DNA of 46,161 bases from a virus (IMGVR_UViG_3300028048_001412:237858-284018); one strand, 5' to 3'. Positions 1 through 9,962 are shown, numbered from the stretch's first letter. A program made the numbers and translations. The notes: generated by a model not told the origin, from the sequence alone.

Positions 1-2
1 TA

Positions 3-464
3 GGATTCAAAGTCAATCCTGTTAAATTTAATGATGGATATCCTTTAGACAGTGTTATATATTCGGGTCCTATTGATCATGGATATGGAAAACATTATAT
101 ATTCATAAATCATTTAAAGAAAAATCCTACTTTTCAAAGATATCAAATGGCATTATGTCTTTCTCAATATATAATGGCTTCTGATAAAAATCATTTACTT
201 AAAACTAATTTAGGATTAGGTAATGATTTAGAAAGAAGCATGACATTATCAATATTGATACCAGAAGATATATTGTTAGCAAATGAAATAGTATATGAAG
301 CTATTACTGAAACAGATGAAGAAAAATGGAAACGATTATTATTAGGGATGAATATAGGTTGGAGAGACTTAATTGACCGTAAAAAAGAATTAGGTCATAA
401 AGATATACCAGAAAATATCAATTTGGAGGAATATAACCCATGGAATTCAAAAACATTACAATAA
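3..464 (+). CDS. 5'-truncated protein, weak ImmA/IrrE (M78)-like with no HExxH motif
   Basis: The frame of ORF 147..464 is open from base 3. It reads ...HYIFINHLKKNPTFQRYQMALCLSQY...ERSMTLSILIPED, echoing the IFIN..RQRFTxAHELGH..E..A..LLMP layout of ImmA/IrrE. Confidence 0.35.
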   Translation, partial: GFKVNPVKFNDGYPLDSVIYSGPIDHGYGKHYIFINHLKKNPTFQRYQMALCLSQYIMASDKNHLLKTNLGLGNDLERSMTLSILIPEDILLANEIVYEAITETDEEKWKRLLLGMNIGWRDLIDRKKELGHKDIPENINLEEYNPWNSKTLQ

Positions 465-1789
465 CAAATCAAGAAAAGAAAGAGAATATTAATTCTTTTG
501 CTTTAATTTACAAAGAATATTTAAATCAATATAAAACTGAATATGAATGGGCAGGATTTGCAATTCATGGAGCGAAAAATAGAGGATATAGTAATTTCAA
601 AGAAAATAAAGATAATAATAAATTTTATATAGATAATAAGAATTCTTGTATGTTATTTAGATTAAATAAAGATAATAATGGTAATTATAAGCCATTTAAT
701 ATTATAGTTTCTCATATAGATAGTCCTAGAATTGATTTGAAATCTAATCCTTTATATGAAGATAAAAATTTAGCATTATTTAAAACTCATTATTATGGTG
801 GCATTAAAACTTATCAATGGTCTTGTATTCCTTTAGAAATGAGAGGTCTTATTTATCTTTCTGATGGAAGAGAATTAGATTGTAAAGATTTATTCAAAGA
901 TAAAACATTTATGATTTCTGATATTCTTCCTCATTTATCACATGAACAAGATAAAAGAGAGACTGATAAAGCAATTAAAGGCGAAGAATTAAATATATTA
1001 GTGGGTTCTGAACAAATAGATAATAAAGATGTTAAAGATAAAATATGTCAAACCATATTAAATATTCTTAAATCAGAAGAAATTGATGAGGAAGATTTTG
1101 CAACTGCAGATATAAGATTTGTTCCTAAACTTCAATCTAGTTTTATAGGATTTGATGATAGTTTAATAGGTGGATATGGACAAGATGATAGAGTTTGTGC
1201 TTATACAGCATTAGAAGCATTTTATAATAGTGAAAATATAAATGAAAATTCAGTAATGTTAATATTGGCTGATAAAGAAGAAGTAGGAAGTGATGGAACT
1301 TCTGGAATGAGAGGTAATTGGTGGTATAATTATTTAAAAGACATTGCAGATTATATGAATGTTCCAATTACTAAATTATGTAGAGATTCTTTCTGTATTT
1401 CAGCCGATGTTGATGGGGCAATTGATCCTACTTTCTCTGATCCATTTGAACCTAATAATGCTTGTTATATAAATAGAGGAATTACTATTGAAAAAGATGG
1501 AGCTTCAAGTGGTGGAAAATATGATGCAAGTGAATGTCCAGGCCATTTAGCAAATAAATTAAGAATATTATTTAAAAATAATAACATAAATTATCAAATA
1601 TGTGAGATGGGAAATATGGATATGGGAGCAGGAGGAACAGTAGCTCAATTTATAGCAAATAAAGGAATAAATGTTATAGATTGTGGAGTTCCTGTTTTAT
1701 CGATGCATTCACCATTTGAAATTACTAGTAAATATGATGTATATGAAACTTATTTAGCATATAAAGTATTTTATGAAAAATGGAGTTAA
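440..1789 (+). CDS. M18 family (aspartyl-type) aminopeptidase
   Basis: Motifs SHIDSPRIDLK, THYYGGIKTYQW, GQDDR, DKEEVGS, SADV and GVPVLSMHSPFE; GGAGGA RBS at 425-430. Confidence 0.93.
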   Translation: MEFKNITITNQEKKENINSFALIYKEYLNQYKTEYEWAGFAIHGAKNRGYSNFKENKDNNKFYIDNKNSCMLFRLNKDNNGNYKPFNIIVSHIDSPRIDLKSNPLYEDKNLALFKTHYYGGIKTYQWSCIPLEMRGLIYLSDGRELDCKDLFKDKTFMISDILPHLSHEQDKRETDKAIKGEELNILVGSEQIDNKDVKDKICQTILNILKSEEIDEEDFATADIRFVPKLQSSFIGFDDSLIGGYGQDDRVCAYTALEAFYNSENINENSVMLILADKEEVGSDGTSGMRGNWWYNYLKDIADYMNVPITKLCRDSFCISADVDGAIDPTFSDPFEPNNACYINRGITIEKDGASSGGKYDASECPGHLANKLRILFKNNNINYQICEMGNMDMGAGGTVAQFIANKGINVIDCGVPVLSMHSPFEITSKYDVYETYLAYKVFYEKWS

Positions 1790-1795
1790 TGAGAT

Positions 1796-2434
1796 TTGGA
1801 AATTATAAGTAAGATTCAATCGAATCCTATATTGTTATCATTAGTTTCTACTATTTCTATACCTTTACTTATTATTTTTATAAGTTGGTTATTAAGAACT
1901 ATTCAATCAATATGTTTAACAATATTAGGATATTTTATTGGAAGAAAATCGGCTTTTGCATTTGCTAATTTTCTTACTTTTCCTGGTGTAATGATTCACG
2001 AATTATCTCACGCATTATTTGCAGTTTTAACAGGTGGAAAAGTAACAAAAATCAATTTATTTAATCCTAATGGTTATTCATTGGGTTCCGTAGAATTTCA
2101 ACCTAGAGGTTCTAAAACTTTACAAGGAATTCAATTAACTTTAATTGGAATTGCTCCTACTATAATAGGTTCCATATTATTTTATAAAATATTTCAATTT
2201 CTAATAACACATAATAATTTAAGTATTGGAATCTATATTTTACTTATATATTTGTTATTTTGTATATTTTTTCATATATCAATGAGTCCGGAAGATGTTA
2301 AAGGAAGTATTACTGGATTATATGTATTATTACCAGTTTTATTTCTAATAATATTTTTTACTAAATTTGATATATTCACATTTCTAATGGATTCTTTTTC
2401 CATTATACAAACACATTTGAAAGGATTAAAATGA
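1796..2434 (+). CDS. Membrane zinc metalloprotease (M50-like, HExxH)
   Basis: PGVMIHELSHALFAVLTGGKV lies within several hydrophobic segments; downstream GIAP and SPED motifs. Confidence 0.75.
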   Translation: MEIISKIQSNPILLSLVSTISIPLLIIFISWLLRTIQSICLTILGYFIGRKSAFAFANFLTFPGVMIHELSHALFAVLTGGKVTKINLFNPNGYSLGSVEFQPRGSKTLQGIQLTLIGIAPTIIGSILFYKIFQFLITHNNLSIGIYILLIYLLFCIFFHISMSPEDVKGSITGLYVLLPVLFLIIFFTKFDIFTFLMDSFSIIQTHLKGLK

Positions 2435-3288
2435 AAAAATTTCTTATTTTTATATCTTTTTTATTGTCTATAACATCTATTTCTTTTGCTAAAACATTAG
2501 AAACAACTCATTGTACTATAGATTTAGATAAATATAACGTTGCTATATTAGGAAATAGTCACGCATCTTTTATGAGTGATTTTATAAATGTAGATAATGA
2601 TATAAATAGTTTAAGTGTTAGCAATCATGGCATAGCAGGTGATGATTTAGGTTCATATGGATGCCCAACTAGAACCACTACTGATTGGAAACATGGTAGT
2701 TATACTATTGCAGAAAAAGGTGATTGTAAAGGATGGTTGGCTTCTTTTATTGACGATATAGAAACTACTGATTATGCAATATGTTGGTTTGGTTCTAATT
2801 CAATAAATCATAATATAGAATCTTTTAAAAAACAATATAAAGATTGGTTAACCAAAATGAGAAATAAGGATGAACATTGTAAATTAATTTTAATGGATAT
2901 TCCTTATACTAATTGGGAAAATAAACTCCCATATCAAACCGATGAACATATAGATGAATTTAATAAAGCAATTAAAGAATTAGCCGAAGAATTCAAAGAT
3001 AAAAATGTATATTATGAACAATTGCCAAAAGATGTTACTTTTTGTGATAGAGTACATTTAGATAAAGCATCTTATACTAAAATATGGAATAATTTAGTTA
3101 AAAAATATAATATTGAATTAAAGAAAATAGAAGATGTAGATAATACTATAAAATGGAAAATTGATGGTTGGGTAAAAATGAATGATAAATGGTATTTTTA
3201 TCTAAATGGTCAAATTCTAATAAATAATTTTACTCCTGATGGTTATTATGTAGGAGAAGATGGTTCTTGGATAGAGAACTATAATTAA
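2431..3288 (+). CDS. Secreted SGNH/GDSL hydrolase with C-terminal cell-wall-binding repeat
   Basis: Signal peptide MKKFLIFISFLLSITSISFA; block I ILGNS, block III FGSN, block V DRVH; tail GWVKMNDKWYFY...TPDGYYVGEDGSWI is typical of clostridial cell-wall-binding repeats. Confidence 0.75.
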   Translation: MKKFLIFISFLLSITSISFAKTLETTHCTIDLDKYNVAILGNSHASFMSDFINVDNDINSLSVSNHGIAGDDLGSYGCPTRTTTDWKHGSYTIAEKGDCKGWLASFIDDIETTDYAICWFGSNSINHNIESFKKQYKDWLTKMRNKDEHCKLILMDIPYTNWENKLPYQTDEHIDEFNKAIKELAEEFKDKNVYYEQLPKDVTFCDRVHLDKASYTKIWNNLVKKYNIELKKIEDVDNTIKWKIDGWVKMNDKWYFYLNGQILINNFTPDGYYVGEDGSWIENYN

Positions 3289-3307
3289 AAGAAAAGGATA
3301 ATGTTTA

Positions 3308-3901
3308 ATGTTAAATCTAATTTGTGTATTGCTAACTTTGTATTTTTCATATGATATTTGTAAATTTTTTGTAGGAGTATTTAAAAACGTAGTAAAATTC
3401 ATAAAAGATGAAAATATAAAAGTTACTAAAGCAGAAATAGATAGATTTGGTCTATTTGTTCCTATAGGAAGAGAAATATTTAGATTATTCAATGTAAATA
3501 ATTTTACCAGTAGAAAAGCACATGAAATAGATGCTTTATTACATGTATTTTATGTATTAGTATTACATAATTGTAATATAACATTCTTCGGATTATTTAC
3601 AGTTTTATTTATAAGAATAGTAATATATGCTAGATTATTTATATTAGCAACTCATCAAGTAAACTTATTATTCTTTGATAGATATACTCAAGATAATACA
3701 GAAGTATGTAATATAAGTAGTTTTTCAAGAATAGTAATAATTTCTATAGTTAATATGTTAGAAATTTGGTATTCAATGTGGTATTTAGGTGGATTAAATT
3801 CTAGAGTTCTTTTATGTTTTATGATTTGTGGAACTCAATTATTAGCATCTATTGTTCAATTATTTAATTTTAAAGAGCCTTGTCCACCAGATGATAAATA
3901 A
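3308..3901 (+). CDS. Hypothetical integral membrane protein
   Basis: 197 aa with several hydrophobic stretches; AAGGA upstream. Confidence 0.6.
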   Translation: MLNLICVLLTLYFSYDICKFFVGVFKNVVKFIKDENIKVTKAEIDRFGLFVPIGREIFRLFNVNNFTSRKAHEIDALLHVFYVLVLHNCNITFFGLFTVLFIRIVIYARLFILATHQVNLLFFDRYTQDNTEVCNISSFSRIVIISIVNMLEIWYSMWYLGGLNSRVLLCFMICGTQLLASIVQLFNFKEPCPPDDK

Positions 3902-4472
3902 AACAATAATTGCCAATATAATTCAATTAATATGTACTCTTGCTTCATTATATGCTATAAATATTATAAATAGAAGAAAATCTTATAGGTTATTTCTACC
4001 TATTCATTCCTTACACAGTATAGTATATTTAATATTGGGTTCATTAAGATCATTTTATTCTTGTTTATGGGCTGCAATTAAAGTAATAATAGTTCTTACT
4101 TTACATAAAGAAGAAAAAATCATATATAAACCTTGGGAAGCGATATTATTTGCATCACCTTATCTAATATTAGGAACTATTACTTTATATAAAACAGGCA
4201 ATTGGTTTCTATTTTTAGTTAGTATTACTGAATTTATGAGTGGAACAAAGTTCTATATTAAAAAAGATATAAATAAAGAATCATTGGAATCATTTAATTG
4301 TTTTATATGGGCTATAAATGACATTATGTATTTTAATATAGTAGGATTTGCGGAATATATAATTTCTACTATTATTCATATAAAAAATACAATATTGATA
4401 TATAAAAATGGCGAGGAAATGTACTATGCGAAAAATTCTAATAATGACAAAACAAATGTGGAGACAAATTAA
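3891..4472 (+). CDS. Integral membrane protein, YgjV-like
   Basis: Probable ATG start at 3891, overlapping the previous gene's end. Multi-TM pattern (HSIVYLILGS..., FNCFIWAINDI) resembles YgjV-family proteins. Confidence 0.45.
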   Translation: MINKTIIANIIQLICTLASLYAINIINRRKSYRLFLPIHSLHSIVYLILGSLRSFYSCLWAAIKVIIVLTLHKEEKIIYKPWEAILFASPYLILGTITLYKTGNWFLFLVSITEFMSGTKFYIKKDINKESLESFNCFIWAINDIMYFNIVGFAEYIISTIIHIKNTILIYKNGEEMYYAKNSNNDKTNVETN

Positions 4473-5137
4473 TGAAAAGTTTAGTAATTAGTGATTTACA
4501 TGGAATAGATTTTAGACCCATTTATGAATTGCAAAAAGCTTTACATAAATTTGATAAAATAATTCTTTTAGGAGATTATTTTGATGATAATGATAGATGG
4601 GAAAATAATCAAACTAAAATTCACTTGAAAAGATTTGAAGATTTATTTAAAATTAAATCTAAAGATCCGAGAGTAGAAATAATACTTGGCAATCATGAAG
4701 CAATGTATATAAATAGACAAGGAAGAGATAATTTAGATTATACTTCTAAAAATAAATATCAAGACGAAGTAGAACATTTAATAGAAACTCATATAAAAGA
4801 TATTGATTTTGCTTATCAAGGGCCTAAATATTTATATTCTCATCAAGGCATAACTAAAACATTTATGGATACTATAAATTGTAAAACCATAGATGAATTA
4901 AATGAAAAATTACATAATAAAGATTATAGTATATTAGATTGTAAAGATGGAATTAGAGATTGGTGGAATAATAAAATGTTTGATTCTAATACAAATCAAT
5001 TTGAACATTTATGTAAAGATAAATGGTGTGATAATCAAATAGTAGGTCATTATTCTAGATATGGAATGAGTTTAAATGATGGAGTATTAGCGATAGAAGA
5101 TTTAAGACATGCAAATGTAATAACTATTTACGAATAA
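4472..5137 (+). CDS. Calcineurin-like metallophosphoesterase
   Basis: ISDLHG, LGDYFD, LGNHE, SHQG and VGHY motifs. Confidence 0.9.
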   Translation: MKSLVISDLHGIDFRPIYELQKALHKFDKIILLGDYFDDNDRWENNQTKIHLKRFEDLFKIKSKDPRVEIILGNHEAMYINRQGRDNLDYTSKNKYQDEVEHLIETHIKDIDFAYQGPKYLYSHQGITKTFMDTINCKTIDELNEKLHNKDYSILDCKDGIRDWWNNKMFDSNTNQFEHLCKDKWCDNQIVGHYSRYGMSLNDGVLAIEDLRHANVITIYE

Positions 5138-5151
5138 GGAAAGGCAACTAT

Positions 5152-5859
5152 ATGAAAAAAATATTATGTTTAGTTCTGTTATTTAATTTAATTTTATCTA
5201 ATTTAACATTTGGAAAAGAATTTAGAGATTCATTTCTAATTTCCCATAGAGGTTCTTGGATTTGCAGACAAGAAAATGGTAAAAATGAATTTCTTCCTCA
5301 TAATTCAATGGAATCTTTTAAAGAAACAGCAAAAGTAGGATTTTATGCTTGCGAAGGTGATTTACAATATGATAAACAAATGGATTGGTTATATATGTCT
5401 CATGATCCATTAACTGATAAATTAGAGATATTAGATTGTCCTTCTTTAGCAGAATATTTAATAGTATTAAAGAAAGATAATGTAAGACCTTTAATAGATA
5501 TGAAATGGTCTACTAATACTAAAAAAATGATAGAATGTATAAATAATTTAAAAATGAATGATATGGTAATAGCTCAATGTCAAGATCCTAATAAATTAGA
5601 TTTATTAAAAGATTCCGGAATAGATATATGTTTATTAATAGGAGAATCTTTATTACAAGATGATTTATGGTTAGATAGAGCATTAAAATATAATGTTAAA
5701 ATGATAAATATTGCTCATAATTTAATCACTTTAGATATTATAAATAAATGTGAACAAAATAATATAGATATCTGTGTATATTCAGTAAATGATTGGAAAC
5801 ATAGAGATGAATTAAGGGCTTTAGGTGCAGATTTTATAATGACTGATAATAATTGGTAA
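5152..5859 (+). CDS. Glycerophosphodiester phosphodiesterase (GDPD) family, with signal peptide
   Basis: Hydrophobic N-terminal leader; ISHRG, NSMESF, EGDL, SHD and C-terminal GADFIMTD. Confidence 0.85.
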   Translation: MKKILCLVLLFNLILSNLTFGKEFRDSFLISHRGSWICRQENGKNEFLPHNSMESFKETAKVGFYACEGDLQYDKQMDWLYMSHDPLTDKLEILDCPSLAEYLIVLKKDNVRPLIDMKWSTNTKKMIECINNLKMNDMVIAQCQDPNKLDLLKDSGIDICLLIGESLLQDDLWLDRALKYNVKMINIAHNLITLDIINKCEQNNIDICVYSVNDWKHRDELRALGADFIMTDNNW

Positions 5860-5868
5860 AAATAAGTA

Positions 5869-5897
5869 TTGATTTTTATTCTAAAATATCATATAAT
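5869..5897 (+). promoter_or_regulatory. Sigma-A/70-type promoter
   Basis: TTGATT (5869-5874), 17-nt spacer, TATAAT (5892-5897), in the intergenic gap upstream of the ATG at 5931. Confidence 0.6.
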
Positions 5898-5930
5898 ATT
5901 AGTATAATATTATATCATAGGAAAAAATAT

Positions 5931-6131
5931 ATGAAATTATACGGTAGAACTAAAAAAGAATGTATAGAAAAAGGATGTAAATGTGTAAATTGTTTACTCA
6001 ATCATTCTAATGAAAAATATAAATGCTGGAATTGCAGTACTTGTAATAGTTCTAATTGCGGTTCTATCAAATATAATCATTTTAAAAAAGATTGTGGTTC
6101 ATATATTAAAAGAGGAATCAAAAAGAAATAA
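5931..6131 (+). CDS. Small Cys-rich hypothetical protein
   Basis: Likely start MKLYGRTKKEC at 5931; CxxC clusters (CVNC, CWNCSTC). Confidence 0.6.
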   Translation: MKLYGRTKKECIEKGCKCVNCLLNHSNEKYKCWNCSTCNSSNCGSIKYNHFKKDCGSYIKRGIKKK

Positions 6132-6766
6132 TGTTAAAACAATTATATGAAAAATTTCAAAATTGGTCAGATGGAGGATCTTTATATATCTATAGTGATC
6201 CGCATTTCGTAGGTAATGGAAATGTAGATTCTGATGAAGTACAGATGAGAAAGGTATTTCATTATGGATCTGACGAATTACAGATTTCTAATATAAATAA
6301 TAAAGTATCTAAAAATGATACTTTAATTATTCTTGGTGATGTTGGAGATCCTATTGTACTTGAGCAGTTAAAATGTAAAAATTTAATTTTAATTAAAGGA
6401 AATCACGATAGAGGAAATGAGTACTATAAGGATAGATTCCGAGAAATATATGAAGGGCCATTATTTATAAATGAGAAAATATTATTATCTCACGAACCAA
6501 TTTATAGTGAAAATTGGTTAAATATACATGGTCATATACATAATCAAAGCCAATTAGATAAAGCAAAAGAAGAAAAGAACTTTATTTGTGTAAGTGCTAA
6601 TCTTCACAATTATGAACCTATGAATTTAGGTCATTTATTTAAACATGAAGGTGAATTTAAAGATTTTAAAAGTTTTAAAGATATTCCTTCTATTCATAGA
6701 GCAACTATTGATTTGGCAATTGAAAGAAAGAGAAAAAGAAAATTAGGAGAATTTACAACTTTTTAA
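6131..6766 (+). CDS. Calcineurin-like phosphoesterase (phage type)
   Basis: YSDPHF, ILGDVG, KGNHD, LSHEP and IHGHIH motifs. Confidence 0.9.
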   Translation: MLKQLYEKFQNWSDGGSLYIYSDPHFVGNGNVDSDEVQMRKVFHYGSDELQISNINNKVSKNDTLIILGDVGDPIVLEQLKCKNLILIKGNHDRGNEYYKDRFREIYEGPLFINEKILLSHEPIYSENWLNIHGHIHNQSQLDKAKEEKNFICVSANLHNYEPMNLGHLFKHEGEFKDFKSFKDIPSIHRATIDLAIERKRKRKLGEFTTF

Positions 6767-6769
6767 ATT

Positions 6770-7264
6770 ATGAAAGATATTAAAAATATAGAGTTAATAT
6801 TTGAAAATTGTGATTCTATTGCTTTTAATCCGGAACATCTTGAAAATATAATAATGGATGATTTCAAAACTAGAGTTCATAGATGTGCATGTAATGCCAT
6901 ATATAAATTTGATTGTGCAAATATAATATTCATTTATATTTTTAAAAGAGCAAATCAAACATATCAAGAATTTAGAATGGATGGATTTAATAGATTAATG
7001 TTTGATAGAATAACTTCTGCTAATGATATAACGGGAATCAAATTAACTTATGGTTTAGAAGATGAAGAAGAAATAAGTGTTGATTGGGAAGATGGAAGTA
7101 ATGAATATGAAAATAAAAATCAAATATCAAGAATTACAAATAGAGGTGATTTAAAAATTCTTATATGTTCTCCTGATAATCCAAGATATAAAGAATTTAA
7201 AGAATTATTTGATAATGATGAAGATCCTGAAGAAATAAAATCAGAGGAGGAAATGTTTAGATAA
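6770..7264 (+). CDS. Hypothetical acidic protein
   Basis: 164-aa ORF tightly packed in the operon. Confidence 0.65.
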   Translation: MKDIKNIELIFENCDSIAFNPEHLENIIMDDFKTRVHRCACNAIYKFDCANIIFIYIFKRANQTYQEFRMDGFNRLMFDRITSANDITGIKLTYGLEDEEEISVDWEDGSNEYENKNQISRITNRGDLKILICSPDNPRYKEFKELFDNDEDPEEIKSEEEMFR

Positions 7265-7441
7265 ATGAAAGAATTTTTTAAAAAATTATATAATACTGTA
7301 AAAATTCCCGTTTTAATAATAACAATGGGATTATTATGTCATTATTTAATAGTTTCTTCTAATAATTCTGATTTATTTAATAAATCCATTATAATTACTT
7401 ATGACGAATTAAAGCAAATGATTGAAAATAGAGATATTTAA
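7265..7441 (+). CDS. ftsH: N-terminal part of FtsH (TM1 and start of extracellular domain), out of frame with the rest
   Basis: 58-aa ORF missing from the track: MKEFFKKLYNTVKIPVLIITMGLLCHYLIVSS...ITYDELKQMIENRDI*. It matches the TM1 + I(S/T)YxEF/L pattern of FtsH N-termini. Confidence 0.7.
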   Translation: MKEFFKKLYNTVKIPVLIITMGLLCHYLIVSSNNSDLFNKSIIITYDELKQMIENRDI

Positions 7442-9314
7442 ATTAAAAGTAATTAAAAACGATGTATTTGCTTATAAAAGAGAATTAAAAATTAGAGAAT
7501 CTTCTAATGCTTCTACTCCATCTGTTATTACTCCTATTTATAATGGTGAGGATACTCATTTATCTGGAAATCAAAGATTCCAAAATAATTCTCAATTAAA
7601 AATAAATAGAAAGACTACTATATCTGAAAATATTCATTCTTTCATAAATGATAGAAAAACAGGATTTATAATAACCAAAGTCAATACTTATAGAGTAATT
7701 GATTTAGAAGATACTAAAGAATTAACTGAATTATTATATTTAGATAATGGTAGTATTGATATTGATTATTCTGATGATGAATTTGTTTATTATTTTTGGT
7801 TCGCTTATATTTTAATTTTATTATTCTTTGCATGGGCTTATAGTAAAAGTAAAAGTTACAAGTCAAAAATAAAAAGTTATTCAGATGGTAATAATTCAAA
7901 AGATGATGAAGATAGAATTACTTTTAAAGATGTAGCAGGAGAAGATGAAGCAAAAGAAAGTTTACAAGAAATAGTAGATTTTCTTCATAATTCTAAAAAA
8001 TATACAAAAATAGGTGCTAAATGCCCTAAAGGTGCTTTAATGGTTGGACCTCCAGGAACGGGAAAGAGTTTATTAGCTAAGGCTATTGCAGGAGAAGCTA
8101 AAGTTCCATTTTTATTTAGATCAGCTTCTGAATTTGTAGAAATGTATGTTGGTGTAGGTGCAAAAAGAGTTAGAGAATTATTCGATGCTGCTAAAAGATG
8201 TGCTCCTTGTGTAGTATTTATAGATGAAATAGATTGTGTGGGAGGACAAAGAGGAGTTTATACTGGTGGAACAGGTGGAGGAGATAGTGAAAGAGATCAA
8301 ACTATAAATCAATTATTAAATGAAATGGATGGTTTTGGAACTAATAAAGGAATTGTAGTTATAGCAGCCACTAATAGACCAGAAATGTTAGATCAAGCCT
8401 TAACAAGACCTGGAAGATTTGATAGACAAATAGTAGTAGATAGGCCTGATTTAGTAGGAAGAGAAGAAATATTAAAAGTTCATGCTAAAAAAGTTCAATT
8501 AGATAAAGATGTAGATTTACATGAAATTGCTTTAATGACTACTGGTTGTGTGGGTGCTGATCTCGCTAATTTTATAAACGAAAGTGCGATCTTGGCAGTT
8601 AAAAAAGGTAGAGATAAAGTTAAGCAAGAAGATTTAAAGCAAGCTATAGATGAAGTTTTAATTGGTAAAGATAAAAAGAATAGAGTTCTTACTGATAGTG
8701 AAAAGAAAACTGTTAGCTGGCATGAAGCAGGACACGCTTTATGCGGAAGAGAATTATATGGTGAGGCTCAAATAGAAAAGATAAGTATCGTCCCAGTAGA
8801 TAGAGGTGGTGCATTAGGTTACGTGAAACCTAAACAAACAGAAGAAAAACATTTAAAATCAAAAGAAGAATATGATAAAGAAATTATAATGTTATTGGCA
8901 GGTAGAGCTTCTGAAGAATTAACTTTTGGAAAAGATAAAGTAACAGGTGGTTGTTCTAATGATACAGAAAAAGCAAGTAATATTATAAAAGCAATGATTT
9001 CAATGTATGGAATGTCTGATGAAATTGGATTATATAATGTAATGAGACAAAATGGACAATATCTTAATACGGGATTTAAATTAGAATGCAGTCCAGAATT
9101 ACAAGCCCAAATAGATGAATTAGTTAAAACTAAATTAAAAGAATATTACAATAAATCCTTGAAAATTCTTAAATCTAATAAAAAGATATTAGATGAAATA
9201 GCGAAATATCTTTATGAACATGAAAAATTAACTGATGAAGAATTTGAAATTCTTTATAATAAATTAAAAAAGAGGAATGATAATGGAAAAGAAAAATCAA
9301 AAAAGAATAAATAA
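7422..9314 (+). CDS. ftsH: ATP-dependent zinc metalloprotease FtsH (main body)
   Basis: TFKDVAG, Walker A GPPGTGKS, Walker B VFIDEID, SRH ATNRPEMLDQALTRPGRFDR, HEAGH, LAGRASEE; only one TM is in this frame. Confidence 0.95.
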   Translation: MKIEIFKLKVIKNDVFAYKRELKIRESSNASTPSVITPIYNGEDTHLSGNQRFQNNSQLKINRKTTISENIHSFINDRKTGFIITKVNTYRVIDLEDTKELTELLYLDNGSIDIDYSDDEFVYYFWFAYILILLFFAWAYSKSKSYKSKIKSYSDGNNSKDDEDRITFKDVAGEDEAKESLQEIVDFLHNSKKYTKIGAKCPKGALMVGPPGTGKSLLAKAIAGEAKVPFLFRSASEFVEMYVGVGAKRVRELFDAAKRCAPCVVFIDEIDCVGGQRGVYTGGTGGGDSERDQTINQLLNEMDGFGTNKGIVVIAATNRPEMLDQALTRPGRFDRQIVVDRPDLVGREEILKVHAKKVQLDKDVDLHEIALMTTGCVGADLANFINESAILAVKKGRDKVKQEDLKQAIDEVLIGKDKKNRVLTDSEKKTVSWHEAGHALCGRELYGEAQIEKISIVPVDRGGALGYVKPKQTEEKHLKSKEEYDKEIIMLLAGRASEELTFGKDKVTGGCSNDTEKASNIIKAMISMYGMSDEIGLYNVMRQNGQYLNTGFKLECSPELQAQIDELVKTKLKEYYNKSLKILKSNKKILDEIAKYLYEHEKLTDEEFEILYNKLKKRNDNGKEKSKKNK

Positions 9315-9504
9315 TGCTAATTGTAAAAAATGTTCTTTTAATTTAGATGGTAGATGTATTCAAAGAAACATTCCTATAGAAGAAGCAATGAAAGAACCTT
9401 GTGTATTTTACGATAAGAAAAAATTTAGTTGGAAATCTTTTCTTTTAGGTGGATTTTCAGCAATAATTCTTATAAAAGCATTCAAAAAGAAGGAGGTAAA
9501 ATAG
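9277..9504 (+). CDS. Small Cys-containing protein with C-terminal membrane anchor
   Basis: CKKC..C..C followed by FLLGGFSAIILIKAFKKK. Confidence 0.55.
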   Translation: MIMEKKNQKRINNANCKKCSFNLDGRCIQRNIPIEEAMKEPCVFYDKKKFSWKSFLLGGFSAIILIKAFKKKEVK

Positions 9505-9506
9505 AG

Positions 9507-9947
9507 ATGAGTAAAAATAAAGGATGTTGTGGGTGTTTTGGAATAGGATGTGGAGGAATATTAGTAATTATACTATTAATTGGATTATTTTCTTTTAAAT
9601 TAATTTCTCCTATTTATAATAATGTTAAACCTTTCGTTCAAGATGAAGTATGTGTGAAAATAGTAAAAACAATTACTTCTGAAGGAGAACTTAATTCATC
9701 TAAAATGATGATTTTAAATAATTGGTTAGAGCAAAGAGGATATAATGTAGAAAATATAGATTTTGAAAACCAAATTCTTACTATAAGTGGTCCGAATGGA
9801 TATGTTTTAGCTGTAGATGGTTGGCAATATAATTTACAAGTAAATAACAATAATGTTATTGAGAATGGAAGATTTAATATATCATTAACTAAAAATGGTA
9901 AAACTTATTCTATATCTTCTAAAGATATTTCTAAATATTTTAGATAA
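9507..9947 (+). CDS. Membrane-anchored hypothetical protein
   Basis: AGGAGGT RBS at 9491-9497 before MSKNKGCCGCFGIGCGG, followed by a TM segment. Confidence 0.65.
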   Translation: MSKNKGCCGCFGIGCGGILVIILLIGLFSFKLISPIYNNVKPFVQDEVCVKIVKTITSEGELNSSKMMILNNWLEQRGYNVENIDFENQILTISGPNGYVLAVDGWQYNLQVNNNNVIENGRFNISLTKNGKTYSISSKDISKYFR

Positions 9948-9962
9948 GAAAGAGGTGATTTT

